Below are positions 1-11,364 of a stretch of 34,532 nucleotides of DNA, piece after piece; position 1 is the stretch's first letter; every line of letters starts with the position of its first letter. Where the stretch lies: contig NC_069004.1 of assembly GCF_001194135.2 (NCBI RefSeq), forward strand, positions 34,962,326-34,996,857. The letters are read 5' to 3'. Position numbers and translations under genes: made by a program. Origin of the DNA: Octopus bimaculoides. Lineage: Eukaryota. The notes beneath the pieces were generated by a model. That model was given only the letters and a program-made list of their open reading frames with translations, was not told where the DNA came from and searched no databases.

Positions 1-417
1 TCTTCTTTGTCCTTCACTTATTAAAAAAAAAACTGTAAAGTTGTTTTAGATTGTAGCAACTGCTATTTCTAGCAATTTCAGCGACAGCGTAGAAGCATTC
101 TTATTAGCTGTTGTGTATTAATACCAGTAAGAACAGTGGTGGTGGTGGTGGCGGTGTAGTGACGAGGATGGCGAAGCCACTAGCCATGTTATGGATGGTG
201 TTAACAGTGGTGGTCATATTAGGATTCATGACGGCTTTGCTGTTGTTGTTGTTTGTACTATTATAGCTTCTATTATTGTTTTTGTCCCAGGTCATCCCAG
301 ACAACACAGAACCATTGTCAATGGCCTTTTCAGCAGTTTTCGGCCAGTATTATTGTCGTTGTTGTTGCTGCTGCTGCTGGAATTATTATTATTGCTAAGA
401 CTATTGTTGTCGTTGGA

Positions 418-510
418 ATAACCATTATTAATTATCATCATCATTATTATTATTATCATCATTATTAACATTATTATTAACATTATTATTATTAATATTA
501 TTATTAACAT
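418..510. repeat. Degenerate (ATT/ATC)n trinucleotide microsatellite
   Basis: Direct reading: attattattatcatcatcattattattattat..., with substitutions. Confidence 0.85.
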
Positions 511-777
511 TGATATTATTCTTTTTCTTATTCTTCCAAAAAGGTAAGGCAGTGATTTCAGGAATGTTGGACGACTGTAAAAAGAGACCTTCCGTCTCTC
601 TTGATTGGTTCGTTCATTACGTCGTCGTTGGTAGCGACGGCGGCGGCGGCGGTGGTGATGGTAGGAGGAGGAACGTGGTCGAGGTTTTAAGATGTGTGAG
701 TGGGCGGGAGGGAGAGGAATGGAATAGAAGAGTAGGAGTAAACATCGAGCAATTTGAGGGGATGTGGAGTGGGAACT

Positions 778-781
<4 letters not shown>

Positions 782-814
<33 letters not shown>

Positions 815-1020
815 TCATTTCATATTTGTGTGCGCGTGTAAGAGAGAGAAAGGTAGGTAGTTACTTAGACAGATAGATAGATAAATAGATAGATAGAGAG
901 ATAGATAGAGACAGATACACAGACCGATAGATAGACAGACAGACCGATAGATAGATAGAGAGAGAGAGAGAGAGATACAGGGAGACAGGCAAAGAGATAG
1001 AGAGACAGACAGACAGAGAT
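782..1020. repeat. (TA)n followed by compound (AGAT/AGAC/AG)n microsatellite
   Basis: (TA)n at 782-813; gata/gaca tetramer array at about 865-1020. Confidence 0.9.
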
Positions 1021-1329
1021 AATGTCCACCCATGTGAGGACAATTGTGTCAATAGCCATTAACATTAACATTAACAAGAAGTATAAAAAAAAACACACCA
1101 TCAAAAACAACAACAATAATAATGAGAAATAAAACAAAATATATAAAAAATATAAGAAACGAAATAAAAAAAAGTCCGGAATGTAGGAAAAGTAATAAAA
1201 ATATAAATACATGAGGTGGTGGCGGTGGTGGTGATCGGGGTTGGTGTTTAGGGGACAATGTAATGAAACCTATAAAAGGCTATTGAATAGGGGATATGTG
1301 ATGGTGCAGGGGAAGCAGGGATAGAGATG

Positions 1330-1560
1330 ACGGTGGTGGTGGCGTGATAGTGGTGATGGTGGTGGTGGTGGTTGTAGTAGAGTGGTATAGTCACGGCTAT
1401 GATGTTCTTAGTTGTGTTGGTGGTAGTATCGCTGTATTTTGATGCTGACAGTAGTCGTTATGTTGTGATGGTCATGGTAGTAACGGCGGTTGTTGGTAGT
1501 GATTGTATCGGTAGTGTTGCCAGTGGTGGCACTGTTGTTGTGGTGTTGGTGCTAGTAGTA
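1330..1560. repeat. Degenerate (GGT/GTT/GTA)n low-complexity tract
   Basis: Period-3 ggtggtgatggtggtggtggttgtagtag pattern. Confidence 0.8.
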
Positions 1561-1594
1561 GCAGTGCTTCTTACCTAGTGTCTCAATACCGAAA

Positions 1595-1640
1595 ACGTAA
1601 ACCTTTGATCAAAGACAGTCCAACTGTGACCATATCGTCT
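1595..1640 (+). mobile_element. Short interspersed repeat fragment (family D)
   Basis: tttgatcaaagacagtccaactgtgaccatatcgtct aligns by eye with 34136-34176 (cgatcaaagacattccaaacgtggtgaccatcccgtct). Confidence 0.55.
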
Positions 1641-2004
1641 GATTAGAGATATACCGCGTGATTACGTTAACTAATGTCACCTTTCTTTTAGCCAGCAGGG
1701 AGCAATTTGAGGGAGATAAGGCTGCGATATTTAACATTTTACCGAAAACAGTGTAGCTTTGTCATGGACTGGAAGTTAATCATGGTGGTTATAGTATATC
1801 GTTTAACTCCAGGTCAACTTTAAACCAGGAGATGGCCAAAGGCGCTTTCTCCGTGAATGTAGTCTTTTCCACAACTCAATACAATACTAGAAATTAAATT
1901 ACAAATAATAATTTGTCTCAGAATCTATCAATCGATTTATCCCTTGTCCACATCCCTCCCTATCCTAATATTCCCCCCCCCCCATTGAGAAGTCCTCTTT
2001 GTAG

Positions 2005-2120
2005 TCATGTGGATTCGGGTTCGGTACCAGAGTATGGTTGCTTAGATGTCTGCTGCTCCGTCCAGCCAATGCTTTATGGTAATGATTGGTAGAGAGAAAC
2101 TGTACAGATGTGTCTCATGT
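2005..2120 (+). mobile_element. Degenerate SINE fragment (family B)
   Basis: gccaatgctttatggtaatgattggtagagagaaactgtacaga resembles the reverse complement of the body at 15678-15725 and 32062-32112; a B-box-like ggttcggtacc lies upstream. Confidence 0.4.
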
Positions 2121-2168
2121 GCGTCATATGAGGACGCATGCGTGTATGTATACGTACATATGTGTGTT

Positions 2169-2400
2169 ATTTCTTTACTGCTCACAAGGGGCTACACACA
2201 GAGAGGACAAACAAGGACAGACAAACGGATTAAGTCGATTATATCGACCCCAGTGCGTAACTGGTACTTATTTAATCGACCCCGAGAGGATGAAAGGCAA
2301 AGTCGACCTCGGCGGAATTTGAACTCAGAACGTAGCGGCAGACGAAATACCGCTAAGCATTTCGCCCGGCGTGCTAACGTTTCTGCCAGTTCGCCGCCTT
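2169..2400 (-). mobile_element. tRNA-derived SINE, near full length (family A)
   Basis: The minus strand reads ggcggcgaactggcagaaacgttagc...ctgaGTTCAAATTCCgccgaggtcgactttgcctttcatcctctcggggtcgattaaataagtaccag. It has A/B-box-like pol III motifs. A close second copy lies at 32366-32588 and degenerate copies at 17885, 23355, 23459 and 24612. Confidence 0.9.
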
Positions 2401-3385
2401 AATACGTACATATGCGTGTGCATGTCTGCTTTATATCCCTGTGCACTACATCTATTTATCGATATGTGGGTGTGTGTGTGTGTGTGTGTGGGTGTGTGTG
2501 TTTGAGTATATACAGAGAGGGAAAGAGAAAATTTGACAGTAATTGTATTTTTTTCACGTTGTACATGTGAAAAAAAGAAATATAATTACTGACTAAAAAC
2601 CAAAATAATCTTGAATGTGTATCCATCTTCGCAATATTCCATCGTCGGTCAGTGTATGATTTTTTTCTCGTATTAAATGATTCACTTTAAATACAAAGTA
2701 ATAACTGCGCTGATGATATCTCCAACATCGAAACCTTATACAAATGTATACAACAGATTACTCAATATATTAAATTGTCTTTCTTTGATTTTCAATTTTG
2801 TTAAAGAAATTAATTTTTTTTAAAGAAATTAACTGATTAATTTCTTCAAAGAAGTAAATGAACTGGATTTTATCGAAAACAAAGCAAGATCTTGTCTCGA
2901 TCGGAATGGTTTTTCGCTCATATGAGATTTAACTCAATCAGCTCGTGAAGAAAAATGGACGGCCTTTGCTTTTTTGAGGATATTTTTTTTTCTTCCATCA
3001 GGGAAGCCTTGCTGATGCAGAGACGGTTGAGAAGAACCCTTAAAAAAAAGGCAAGATTTTACCGCAAGGAATAACATTAATAGCTTGCATTTATACAAGA
3101 CACGCATATATACACTTAATTCACCCCACCCTCACACGCACATACGCCCGCATACATCTACAGAAAGATATACGCACACACACATACACACACATATATA
3201 TATGCGCACCCATCCCCAGGTGTTTGTGTACATAGCGAGAACGAGAAGAGAAACAACTTAGGCTAGCCAGAGGTAGGTATTTGAACAAAAGGAGACGAAT
3301 AAGTGTACATTAAATAACAGCCAAAATAAATTCTTGTACGCTTTGTTGAAATTATCTTCATGTCTAGAGAAGGTAAAATAACTAC

Positions 3386-3454
3386 CTGGTGGCAATTAAA
3401 ACCAATTCCGAATAAGAGGTGGAGATAATCCCAAGCATAAGATTTCTTCATTAT
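3386..3454 (-). other. Candidate 69-nt internal exon (IMKKSYAWDYLHLLFGIGFNCHQ in phase 0)
   Basis: Acceptor gactctttcccatatAG and donor CAG|GTAGTT flank 23 open codons of non-repetitive sequence. I recognise no protein family. Confidence 0.3.
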
Positions 3455-3514
3455 CTATATGGGAAAGAGTCTCATTCTCTGGAGACAAGAGATCTGATCC
3501 TACCTTAACATCGT

Positions 3515-3821
3515 CAGCAGTAACAAGGGTATCTGGGTCGTCGTCGTAAAGTCCCGAGTTCGATTCCAGGCGGCGTGTTGTATCCTTGAGCAAGACACTT
3601 TACTTCACGTGGGACCAGTCCCACCCCCGGATGGTAAAAATGAGCAGTACCAATAATTCAAAGGCCAAATTTACTACATTCTGTGTCATGCTGAATCAAA
3701 CTGACAACTATGTTAAGAGTACGCACGTCTGTGGAGTGCTCAGCCACTTTCACGTAAATTTCGCAAGCAAGCTGTTCCGTTGATCGGATCAACTGGAACA
3801 CTCGTCGTCGTAACCGACGGA
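3515..3821 (+). mobile_element. tRNA-derived SINE with CORE-like domain (family C)
   Basis: B-box GTTCGATTCC at 3558-3567 and CORE-like gtatccttgagcaagacactttacttcac at 3580-3608. The 3' body (3645-3821) matches the reverse complement of 9997-10185. Confidence 0.85.
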
Positions 3822-4528
3822 AGGTCGGGCCAGTAGTTTTTATGATGCTGTTGTTGTTGTTGTTGTAATTCTTACCCGAAACACATTACATATAGTTATT
3901 GCTCTAGCTATCGTTTGACAATACAGAAGTTGTAGTTGCAAAAGTTGTTGTTGTCGTCGTTATTGTTGTTCTTATTGTAGTTCCGGGAAGCCGAACTGAG
4001 CCAATCGCATCGAGAAAGATTATTAAAAAAGAAATAAACAAAAAAAACATTAACACGAAATAAAATGGCGCTTAAGAAAAAGAAAAGGGATCAGAAAATG
4101 AAACCAGAGGAAAAAAAAAAGATTAAAAAAAGGGCCCCAGTGTAATGAGTGTATTAACCCCCTACCTACAACCAATACAACAGTCGTGAATTCGCTTTTC
4201 TTCTTCTATTATCCTTTTAACATTTCTAGTTCTTTATTACTTTATTTTTATATTATTGTTTTTTCCACATTATTATTATTATTATTTTGCCATATTTTTT
4301 TATATTTTTGCCTTTTAGACTTTCATCCTCGTTGGTATTTACTCGTTGGTAATGTCCTGGATTTATTTGTGTGTGTTTTTGGCATTTTGTCCCGTTCTTA
4401 CCTCTCATGTTTGCGTATTTTCGTTGGTGGTGGTGTCCTGTACACGATGTGTATTTTTCATTATATATATATATATATATATATATACGTATGCAAATGG
4501 TTTTATATACATGTATGTATATACATAA

Positions 4529-4573
<45 letters not shown>

Positions 4574-4984
4574 AATAAAGTATGCGCATATACATAATTG
4601 TATGCCTATATATAAGTATCAGTCTAACTTTCAAGTGATATTTTTAAACTATTTTTTTCGGACAGCGAATGACACAAATGGAAAAACAAGACAAACAACA
4701 TAAAAAACAACCCTTCATCAGTTGTTGGCTGTTTTTTCTACTCTCGTATTTCGAGCATTTCACAACAAGATACGCTTTCGATAAAATAGTTTCTCTCCCG
4801 CAAAGCAAATTAAATAAAATTTGGGATTTTGCGGAGGCTCAAAATTGGCAACAAAAACAGGACAGTGAAAACACACACTCACATTATATATATATATATA
4901 TATTCTCTTCAATTTTTTCTACTCCTTGCTCTTTACCCCAATAAAATTTCCGTCAGTATTTCTCGTTCTCTTATGTCCACATTT

Positions 4985-5745
4985 TCTATAATTCCTTTTT
5001 CACTATTTTCCGCTCAGTTCTAAGTTTTATACTGTTTTTTTTTTCTTTTACAAGTCTAATCCACCCTTCCAGCTATTTCTTCATTACATACATTCGATAT
5101 TCCCTTCATTTTTTTTTAACCACTTTTTCTGAAATCTTATAATTTTCCCTACAACATTTCTCTACCCTTAAAAACATTTTCCTTGCATCCCGCAAATATT
5201 TTCCCTATAATCTACCCCTCTTTTCTGTTTCATAACCCCTTTACTTTCGTCTGCGTTCCTTTTTCTAATTTTCTGTTTTTCCATACGTCATATTTATTTT
5301 CGTAAATTACCACTACAGATTTCCCAAAACTTTTCCCTTCCCAAAGTATTTCACTTTTACCTTTTTTTCTGATTTTCTATTCGTCCCACAAATATCTCAC
5401 TTTTTACTATTCTTTCGGTTTCCCTACCTACATTTATACCTCACTCCTATACGGTCCCACTACTTCACCGTTCAACCATTCTTAAATTCCTTCTATCCAT
5501 ACCATGACTTCTTTCATTTCTCATTCTTGTTCCCCAGCACATTTTCTGGGGTTTTTTCCCCCCCAATATTCCTCATTCTTTCTGCAAACCACTTCACTAT
5601 TTTTCTTCCAACCAATTTTCTATTTTATCTCCCATAAAAATATTTCCTTCTAATCTTTACTTCCGAAATATTTCCTTTCTATCTATTACCTTTTTCCTTT
5701 TCTTTCTTCTCTCTATTTTGCCTGTCTTCTTCTCCTTGACTGAAT
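4985..5745. repeat. Long pyrimidine-rich (T/C) low-complexity tract
   Basis: Strongly G-poor, with many T runs, over about 750 bp. Confidence 0.75.
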
Positions 5746-5937
5746 AAATGTGAAAATCGGACCAATTATATTTACCAAACGTCTAATACATGCCAGTGGA
5801 GTTCGATTATAATATTAAACACAACACAATTCAGCTTCATTCTCCATTATCTTCATCTATTTTCCCTTTGCAGAATTCATCCTCTCTTACCTCTCCTTTA
5901 CTGCCAATTCCTCATTATTCTAATACATCTCTTTAAT

Positions 5938-6118
5938 GATATCTAACTATCTATCTTCTTTGTATATCTATTTTGCAGTCTACCTTTTCTCTCTCTCTTT
6001 CTACCTATCTATCTATCTTATCTACCTACCTATATTTCTACCTATGCAACTATCTATCTACCTACCCTTATGTCTTCTGTCTGTGTATCTACCTGTCTTT
6101 ACGCCTCCCTGTATCTAG
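5938..6118. repeat. Degenerate (TATC/TACC)n tetranucleotide microsatellite
   Basis: atctatctatct / acctacct arrays. Confidence 0.85.
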
Positions 6119-7169
6119 TTATCTTTATCTTCTTCCTCTGTAGTCTCCCTCCATCTCGTGCCTTTGTTTCATTCTTTCCCCTGCATTATGGCGATGGAAA
6201 TCAGAACTAAATTTAACAAAATCCATAGCATATTTTATCCTTTTATTTTTTCTGCTTATCAAGGCTATCATCATCCTGTATATAAGTATGTGTATGTATA
6301 TAAATATCTGGGAAAATACATACATATACGTATGTGTGTCTGCACTCATATATATATGTATGTAAATGATGTGCGTCCGTGCGTGTGTGTGCGCGTGCAT
6401 ATATGTGCGTGATAGCATTTAATTATTGATCCGTCTATTTCAGAAGATTTAAAAAGATGAAAGAAGCTGAATTATATTACTGAATGTATCCCACGTGAGC
6501 AGATTTAGTGCTCAACAGTCTCCATCGATGCTTGTTAATGATCGTTGCCTCTCCGCGCGCGCGTGTGTGCGTGCGTGCGTGCGTGTATGTATGTATATAT
6601 ATATATATATATANNNNNNNNNNNNNNNNNNNNNNNNNNNNNNNNNNNNNNNNNNNNNNNNNNNNNNNNNNNNNNNNNNNNNNNNNNNNNNNNNNNNNNN
6701 NNNNNNNNNNNNNNNNNNNNNNNNNNNNNNNNNNNNNNNNNNNNNNNNNNNNNNNNNNNNNNNNNNNNNNNNNNNNNNNNNNNNNNNNNNNNNNNNNNNN
6801 NNNNNNNNNNNNNNNNNNNNNNNNNNNNNNNNNNNNNNNNNNNNNNNNNNNNNNNNNNNNNNNNNNNNNNNNNNNNNNNNNNNNNNNNNNNNNNNNNNNN
6901 NNNNNNNNNNNNNNNNNNNNNNNNNNNNNNNNNNNNNNNNNNNNNNNNNNNNNNNNNNNNNNNNNNNNNNNNNNNNNNNNNNNNNNNNNNNNNNNNNNNN
7001 NNNNNNNNNNNNNNNNNNNNNNNNNNNNNNNNNNNNNNNNNNNNNNNNNNNNNNNNNNNNNNNNNNNNNNNNNNNNNNNNNNNNNNNNNNNNNNNNNNNN
7101 NNNNNNNNNNNNNNNCTGAGCGAAAGCTAGACTGCAAGTAACACTCACCAGCCTGTCGCCGACTGTTGC

Positions 7170-7256
7170 TGCTAGACGCTTTATGTTCGAAAGAAATTGT
7201 TCGTAAATCGGATTTGTTCGTGGTGAGAGACGTTCGTAAACCGAGGTTCCACTGTA
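7170..7256. mobile_element. Terminal end of a Tc1/mariner-superfamily (pogo/Tigger-like) DNA transposon or MITE
   Basis: It ends ...gttcgtaaaccgaggttccactg|TA, which reads TA|CAGTGGAACCTCGGTTTACGAAC on the minus strand: a CAGT-starting terminal repeat with a TA target site. Subterminal gttcgt/gttcga repeats are at 7185, 7199, 7216 and 7232. The partner end is not visible and may lie in gap 6614-7115. Confidence 0.7.
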
Positions 7257-7405
7257 TACTTGTTCTCATTTCAACAGTGATGTTTTACTGATAGGCTGCC
7301 TTGCTATTGTTACTCAGCCGATAGATTAAATACTGCCAGTATAAATAGAAAATAAAGCAGAGGATGTCATCAAGAGCCCGATGACGCGGAACCGTGAAGC
7401 CTGGG

Positions 7406-7440
<35 letters not shown>

Positions 7441-8466
7441 CTTTGAATAATCTCATTTTCCTCTACCTTAAAGAATCGAGTACTTCTGTTCGCTTAATTG
7501 CAAATAATCTCATATGCATACATATATTACATATATGCATTGTATGAAAAGAAGTTTATGTGCAATTATATATATATATGCATAGAGACACACACTAACA
7601 GGCATATATGCAATTATATTTAAACATACACACAGACACGTACACACAATGCTAAATTACATCTGTAAAGCTATATCAGCGACTCGAATAAATGAACCAT
7701 ATATTCATGTTTGTATATGACATATGTATACACAAACAAGTGAATACACACACACACACATAACGCGCGTGTGTGTGTGTGTGTGTGTGTGTATGTATAA
7801 TTTTAATGAAGTTAGCTGTAAAACAACACGAATAACAGTAAGGAGGAAAAAATACAACGAAAACAACGATACCGACATCATTATGATGATAACAAGATAA
7901 ATCGATTACTCGCTGCACGTTTCTTGGCAATTTTCGTCTTTGCGAAGTCCTATGTGAACGTTGTTTGCAATTGCAAAACCTTCCAACGTGTAAGGTTCCC
8001 TAACACAATTACAAAGGGGAGTGTTCTTCTGTATGTATTGATGTAGTAGGGGACAGTTGTAGGGTCTGTGATGAAGGAGCTAGCAGTAGGCGTTGGGGAG
8101 GGGCAGTGTGAGAGGAATGTGAAATACTCGATATATCGTAACATTATGCAACGTAAGGTAGACATTACCAGACTCATAAAACAATCCGTTTCTGTTCTTT
8201 ACTTTCTGTTTGAGATTTGTATCGAGAGGGGTGGTCATCAGTTTGGTTAATGTCTGGCAGCAGGGCAGCAAGTGTTTTTTTTTNNNNNNNNNNGGGGCTA
8301 ATTAAGTAGAAATGTAAAGGGCAGAAATAATGAAGATGATAATGAGAATAAAGATGGCGGTGGTGGTGCTGAAGATGATGATGATGATGATGACGATGCC
8401 ACAATGGTCCCGATAATGACCAAGAGGTGACAGCGAGACAAAAATGTGAACGTGGTAGGTTTATTG

Positions 8467-8497
<31 letters not shown>

Positions 8498-8530
8498 TAC
8501 ACACAGACGCATTTATATACACACGCACAC

Positions 8531-8571
<41 letters not shown>

Positions 8572-8610
8572 CACATACACACGCACACATGTATATATAC
8601 ACACACATAT

Positions 8611-8660
<50 letters not shown>
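8467..8660. repeat. Compound (AT)n/(AC)n microsatellite
   Basis: Direct reading. Confidence 0.9.
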
Positions 8661-9104
8661 TAGTAGCAGACGTTGTAGTCGTAGAAAAAGAAAGATGTGG
8701 CGAAAAAGGGGAAAAGGACAAGAAATAAGATGGCGGAGGAGTAGGAGGCAAAGAAAAAAGGCGAAGAAGAAAAGGCGAGGAAGAGAAAGAGGAAAAAGAA
8801 GGGAAGGAAAACGAGCAAAAGTGAGAAGAAAGAGAAGACATAAGAAGATAGATATAAATAAGGAAGGCTCCCCCCCCTTTTCTCTAAAGTCTGTCGCCGT
8901 CGTCGTTCTCCTCCTTCAACCGTTGATTCAATAACCAGCAGACAATACAGGAATGGACAGGGGACAAATTACACACCAATTCTTTATTACATTGGCTCAA
9001 CTCTGACAATGGTCGCAGAAGAAGAGGAGGAGGAGGAGGAAGACGAAGATGTCTTTTGTTTGTACAAAACGAGCGAGAAAGCTGTAAGCATGTGTTAGAA
9101 GGAA

Positions 9105-9510
9105 TGTCGGTGTCGTGGTGGTTGTTGTAGTGGTGGCTATGTTGGGGTTGGTAGTGGTGGCTATGGCATCGTGGTTGGTCCGTGTTGCGGTGATTGTTAA
9201 TGGCGGTATTGTGCTGGCTGTGGATGAAGTAGTGGCGTTGTAGTGGTGGTCACTAGAGATGGTCACTGTTATGGTAGTTGTATTTGTGGTGATGGTGGCG
9301 GCGGCGGCGGCGGCGGTAGTGGTGGTCGCTGCAGCTGCTGCTGATGAAACTGTGGTTGTGGTCAAAGAAGTGTTTGCCGTTGTAGTTGAGGCGGTAGTGG
9401 ATATGATGAAGAGAAGGATAAACGGTGATGATGATGTTGACGATAATGATGATGATTACGGTGAAAGTGATGATGATGATTATGGTGATTGGGATGATGA
9501 TGATGGTATC
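9105..9510. repeat. Degenerate (GGT/GCG/GAT)n trinucleotide tract
   Basis: Period-3 repeats that produce the poly-V/A/D pseudo-ORF at 9259-9807. Confidence 0.8.
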
Positions 9511-9994
9511 CAAGAACGCGAAGAAAAATCAATAAGAATAGAAATAAACGACGAAGGGAAAAAAATCAATGTAAAAACGAAAAACCTCCCACTGCCACCA
9601 CTACCACCTCTACATTCATCACCACCACCACCGACAACCACCACACATGCATCCACCAAAATCCCGGACACTACATCCTCCACCACCGCCATCTTGTTAT
9701 ACAGACAGATGTTGACGTTTGTCCCGGGGAGGCTACGCGTCGCACGTGCCACTCCACCCCCTCCACATCGTACAAAGTACGTTTACCTCACTCCCACCCT
9801 TCCATGACAAACACACCGAAGAAACTTCACGTGGTCACTGTTGGTTGTAGTAGTGGTGGTAGTAGCTGCTGTGGATAGACGTGTAGTAGTAGTGGTGGTG
9901 GTTGTGGCTGCACTCATGTGTAGTTGTAGTAGTTGCTGTTGAATCAGTATTTACATATACGAGGGTGGGTGTATATATATATATATATATATAT

Positions 9995-10256
9995 GGTTGG
10001 CACTCCGTCGGTTACAACGACGAGGGTTCCAGTTGATCCGATCAACGGAACAGCCTACTCGTGAAATTAACGTGAAAGTGGCTGAGTACTCCACAGACAC
10101 GTGTACCTTTAATGTAGTTCTCGGGGAGATTCACCGTGACACAGAGTGTGGCAAGGCTGGCCCCTTTGAAATACAGGTACAACAGAAAGAGGAAGAAAGA
10201 GTGAGAGAAAGTTGTGGTGAAAGAGTACAACAGAGTTCGCCACCACCACCACCTGC
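9995..10256 (-). mobile_element. 5'-truncated SINE sharing its 3' body with family C and its middle part with the 15383 element
   Basis: 9997-10185 is the reverse complement of 3645-3821. 10191-10256 (ggaagaaagagtgagagaaagttgtggtgaaagag) matches 15516-15577. Confidence 0.85.
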
Positions 10257-10490
10257 TCTAAACAATTATAATGAGAAAACGTGCGTAGGAACTATAATAT
10301 AAACGCATGTTTATCATTATTTCTTATGCGCGCGCGATAATCTGGACACATTTTGGATACAGAATTATACAGATTTGCACAAATTCACTGATATATTTTT
10401 GGCCTGTGCAGACAGACAGATTGCCAAGAAGAGTAAAGTGATAAAAAACACGTGAAACTGAGTTGTGTGTTTTTCCTTGACATCTCAGTT

Positions 10491-10517
10491 CTGATGAAGG
10501 ACTCTGTCGGAAACGTC
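10491..10517 (+). ncRNA. Minimal hammerhead-ribozyme-like motif (Penelope-like-element type), probably a degenerate relic
   Basis: CTGATGA-AG-GAC-tct-GTC-G-GAAA-CGTC: conserved core boxes, a GAC/GTC stem II, palindromic ACGT and a GTC cleavage triplet. There is one G.G mismatch at the base of stem II. Confidence 0.5.
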
Positions 10518-11213
10518 CAAAAGATCCATATTTTCCATGTTTGAGCGACAGGCTACATCTCTCTCTCTCTTTCTCTATTTTTGTTGTTGTTGTTGTGTAG
10601 TTGTCATCATCAGGTGTCATCGTCACTATAAAGATTCAGCACCATCTTGATCTTTCTTCTGCTATTCTTTAGACATTCAAACTATTTTAAATCATTCCAA
10701 TTCTTGTTACTAACCATCCATGTAATTCTTCATTTCCCCTTCTTTCCCGATTTATTTCACCTCCAATAACCAATCTATGTAAACAATTTTTTTCTAATTA
10801 AGTGTCCAAAATATTTCGTTTTTCTCTCTTTGATGGTGCCTAATGAAATTTCACTAGATTTTTTTTCTTCTTTTCAACTTTACCATTTGTAGCTCTTCAT
10901 CATTAGAGGCAATTAATTTGTCATTAAATTCAAAAATAAATATTTATTCTTGGCGATTTTTAAAGTCTTGAGTCCTTTATTTAATAGCGGCTACTAATGT
11001 TATTACGAGACGCAGACACGCCTTCACGACACACACACACACATCAACAACAACAGATTTTTATTCCGGAGTATCAAAAGCATATTGTGTGTGTTCTTAT
11101 GAGAAAGTGAGTAGCGATAAAGAATCGCTGATTGTTTTCCAACACAACAAATACATACTTTATATTATGTTTTGAGTTTTTCCTACTACGGCACACATAA
11201 ACGTATAGAGAAG

Positions 11214-11286
11214 TGTGTGTGCGTGCGTGTGTATGTGTGTATGTATATATATATATATGTGTGCGCGCGCGCGCGTGTGCGTGTGC

Positions 11287-11342
<56 letters not shown>

Positions 11343-11364
11343 GTATGTATATATATATATATAT
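11214..11364. repeat. Compound (GT)n/(GC)n/(AT)n microsatellite
   Basis: Direct reading. Confidence 0.9.

Noticed and set aside
520-550. Plus-strand ttcttccaaaAAG|GTAAGG resembling a recursive site
   Set aside because: It has AAG with an A-run rather than YAG, and the pyrimidine tract is the end of an (ATT)n microsatellite. It is much weaker than the 12328 site.
2710-2740. CTGATGA...GAAAC hammerhead-like boxes
   Set aside because: There is no G-C-closed stem II between the boxes and no matching helix III or NUH triplet.
3002-3074. Possible plus-strand terminal exon (EALLMQRRLRRTLKKKARFYRKE*) after a strong acceptor
   Set aside because: No upstream partner exon, no clear polyadenylation signal and no recognised homology. 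It cannot be separated from chance without RNA data.
3515-3570. tRNA genes at B-box-containing loci (also 2310-2400, 15750-15824, 32500-32588)
   Set aside because: They have no complete cloverleaf and each continues into a SINE body, so they are tRNA-derived SINE heads.
3396-3593. TADDVK motif suggesting a LINE reverse transcriptase YADD fragment
   Set aside because: The motif overlaps the antisense head of the family C SINE, and no other RT motifs are nearby.
8690-8860. Arg/Lys-rich protamine-like ORF segment
   Set aside because: It is a translated A/G-rich low-complexity tract continuous with (AC)n.
9705-9776. Plus-strand 72-nt exon candidate (TDVDVCPGEATRRTCHSTPSTSYK)
   Set aside because: Both splice sites are mediocre, it is embedded in degenerate CCA repeats, and it has no partner exon.
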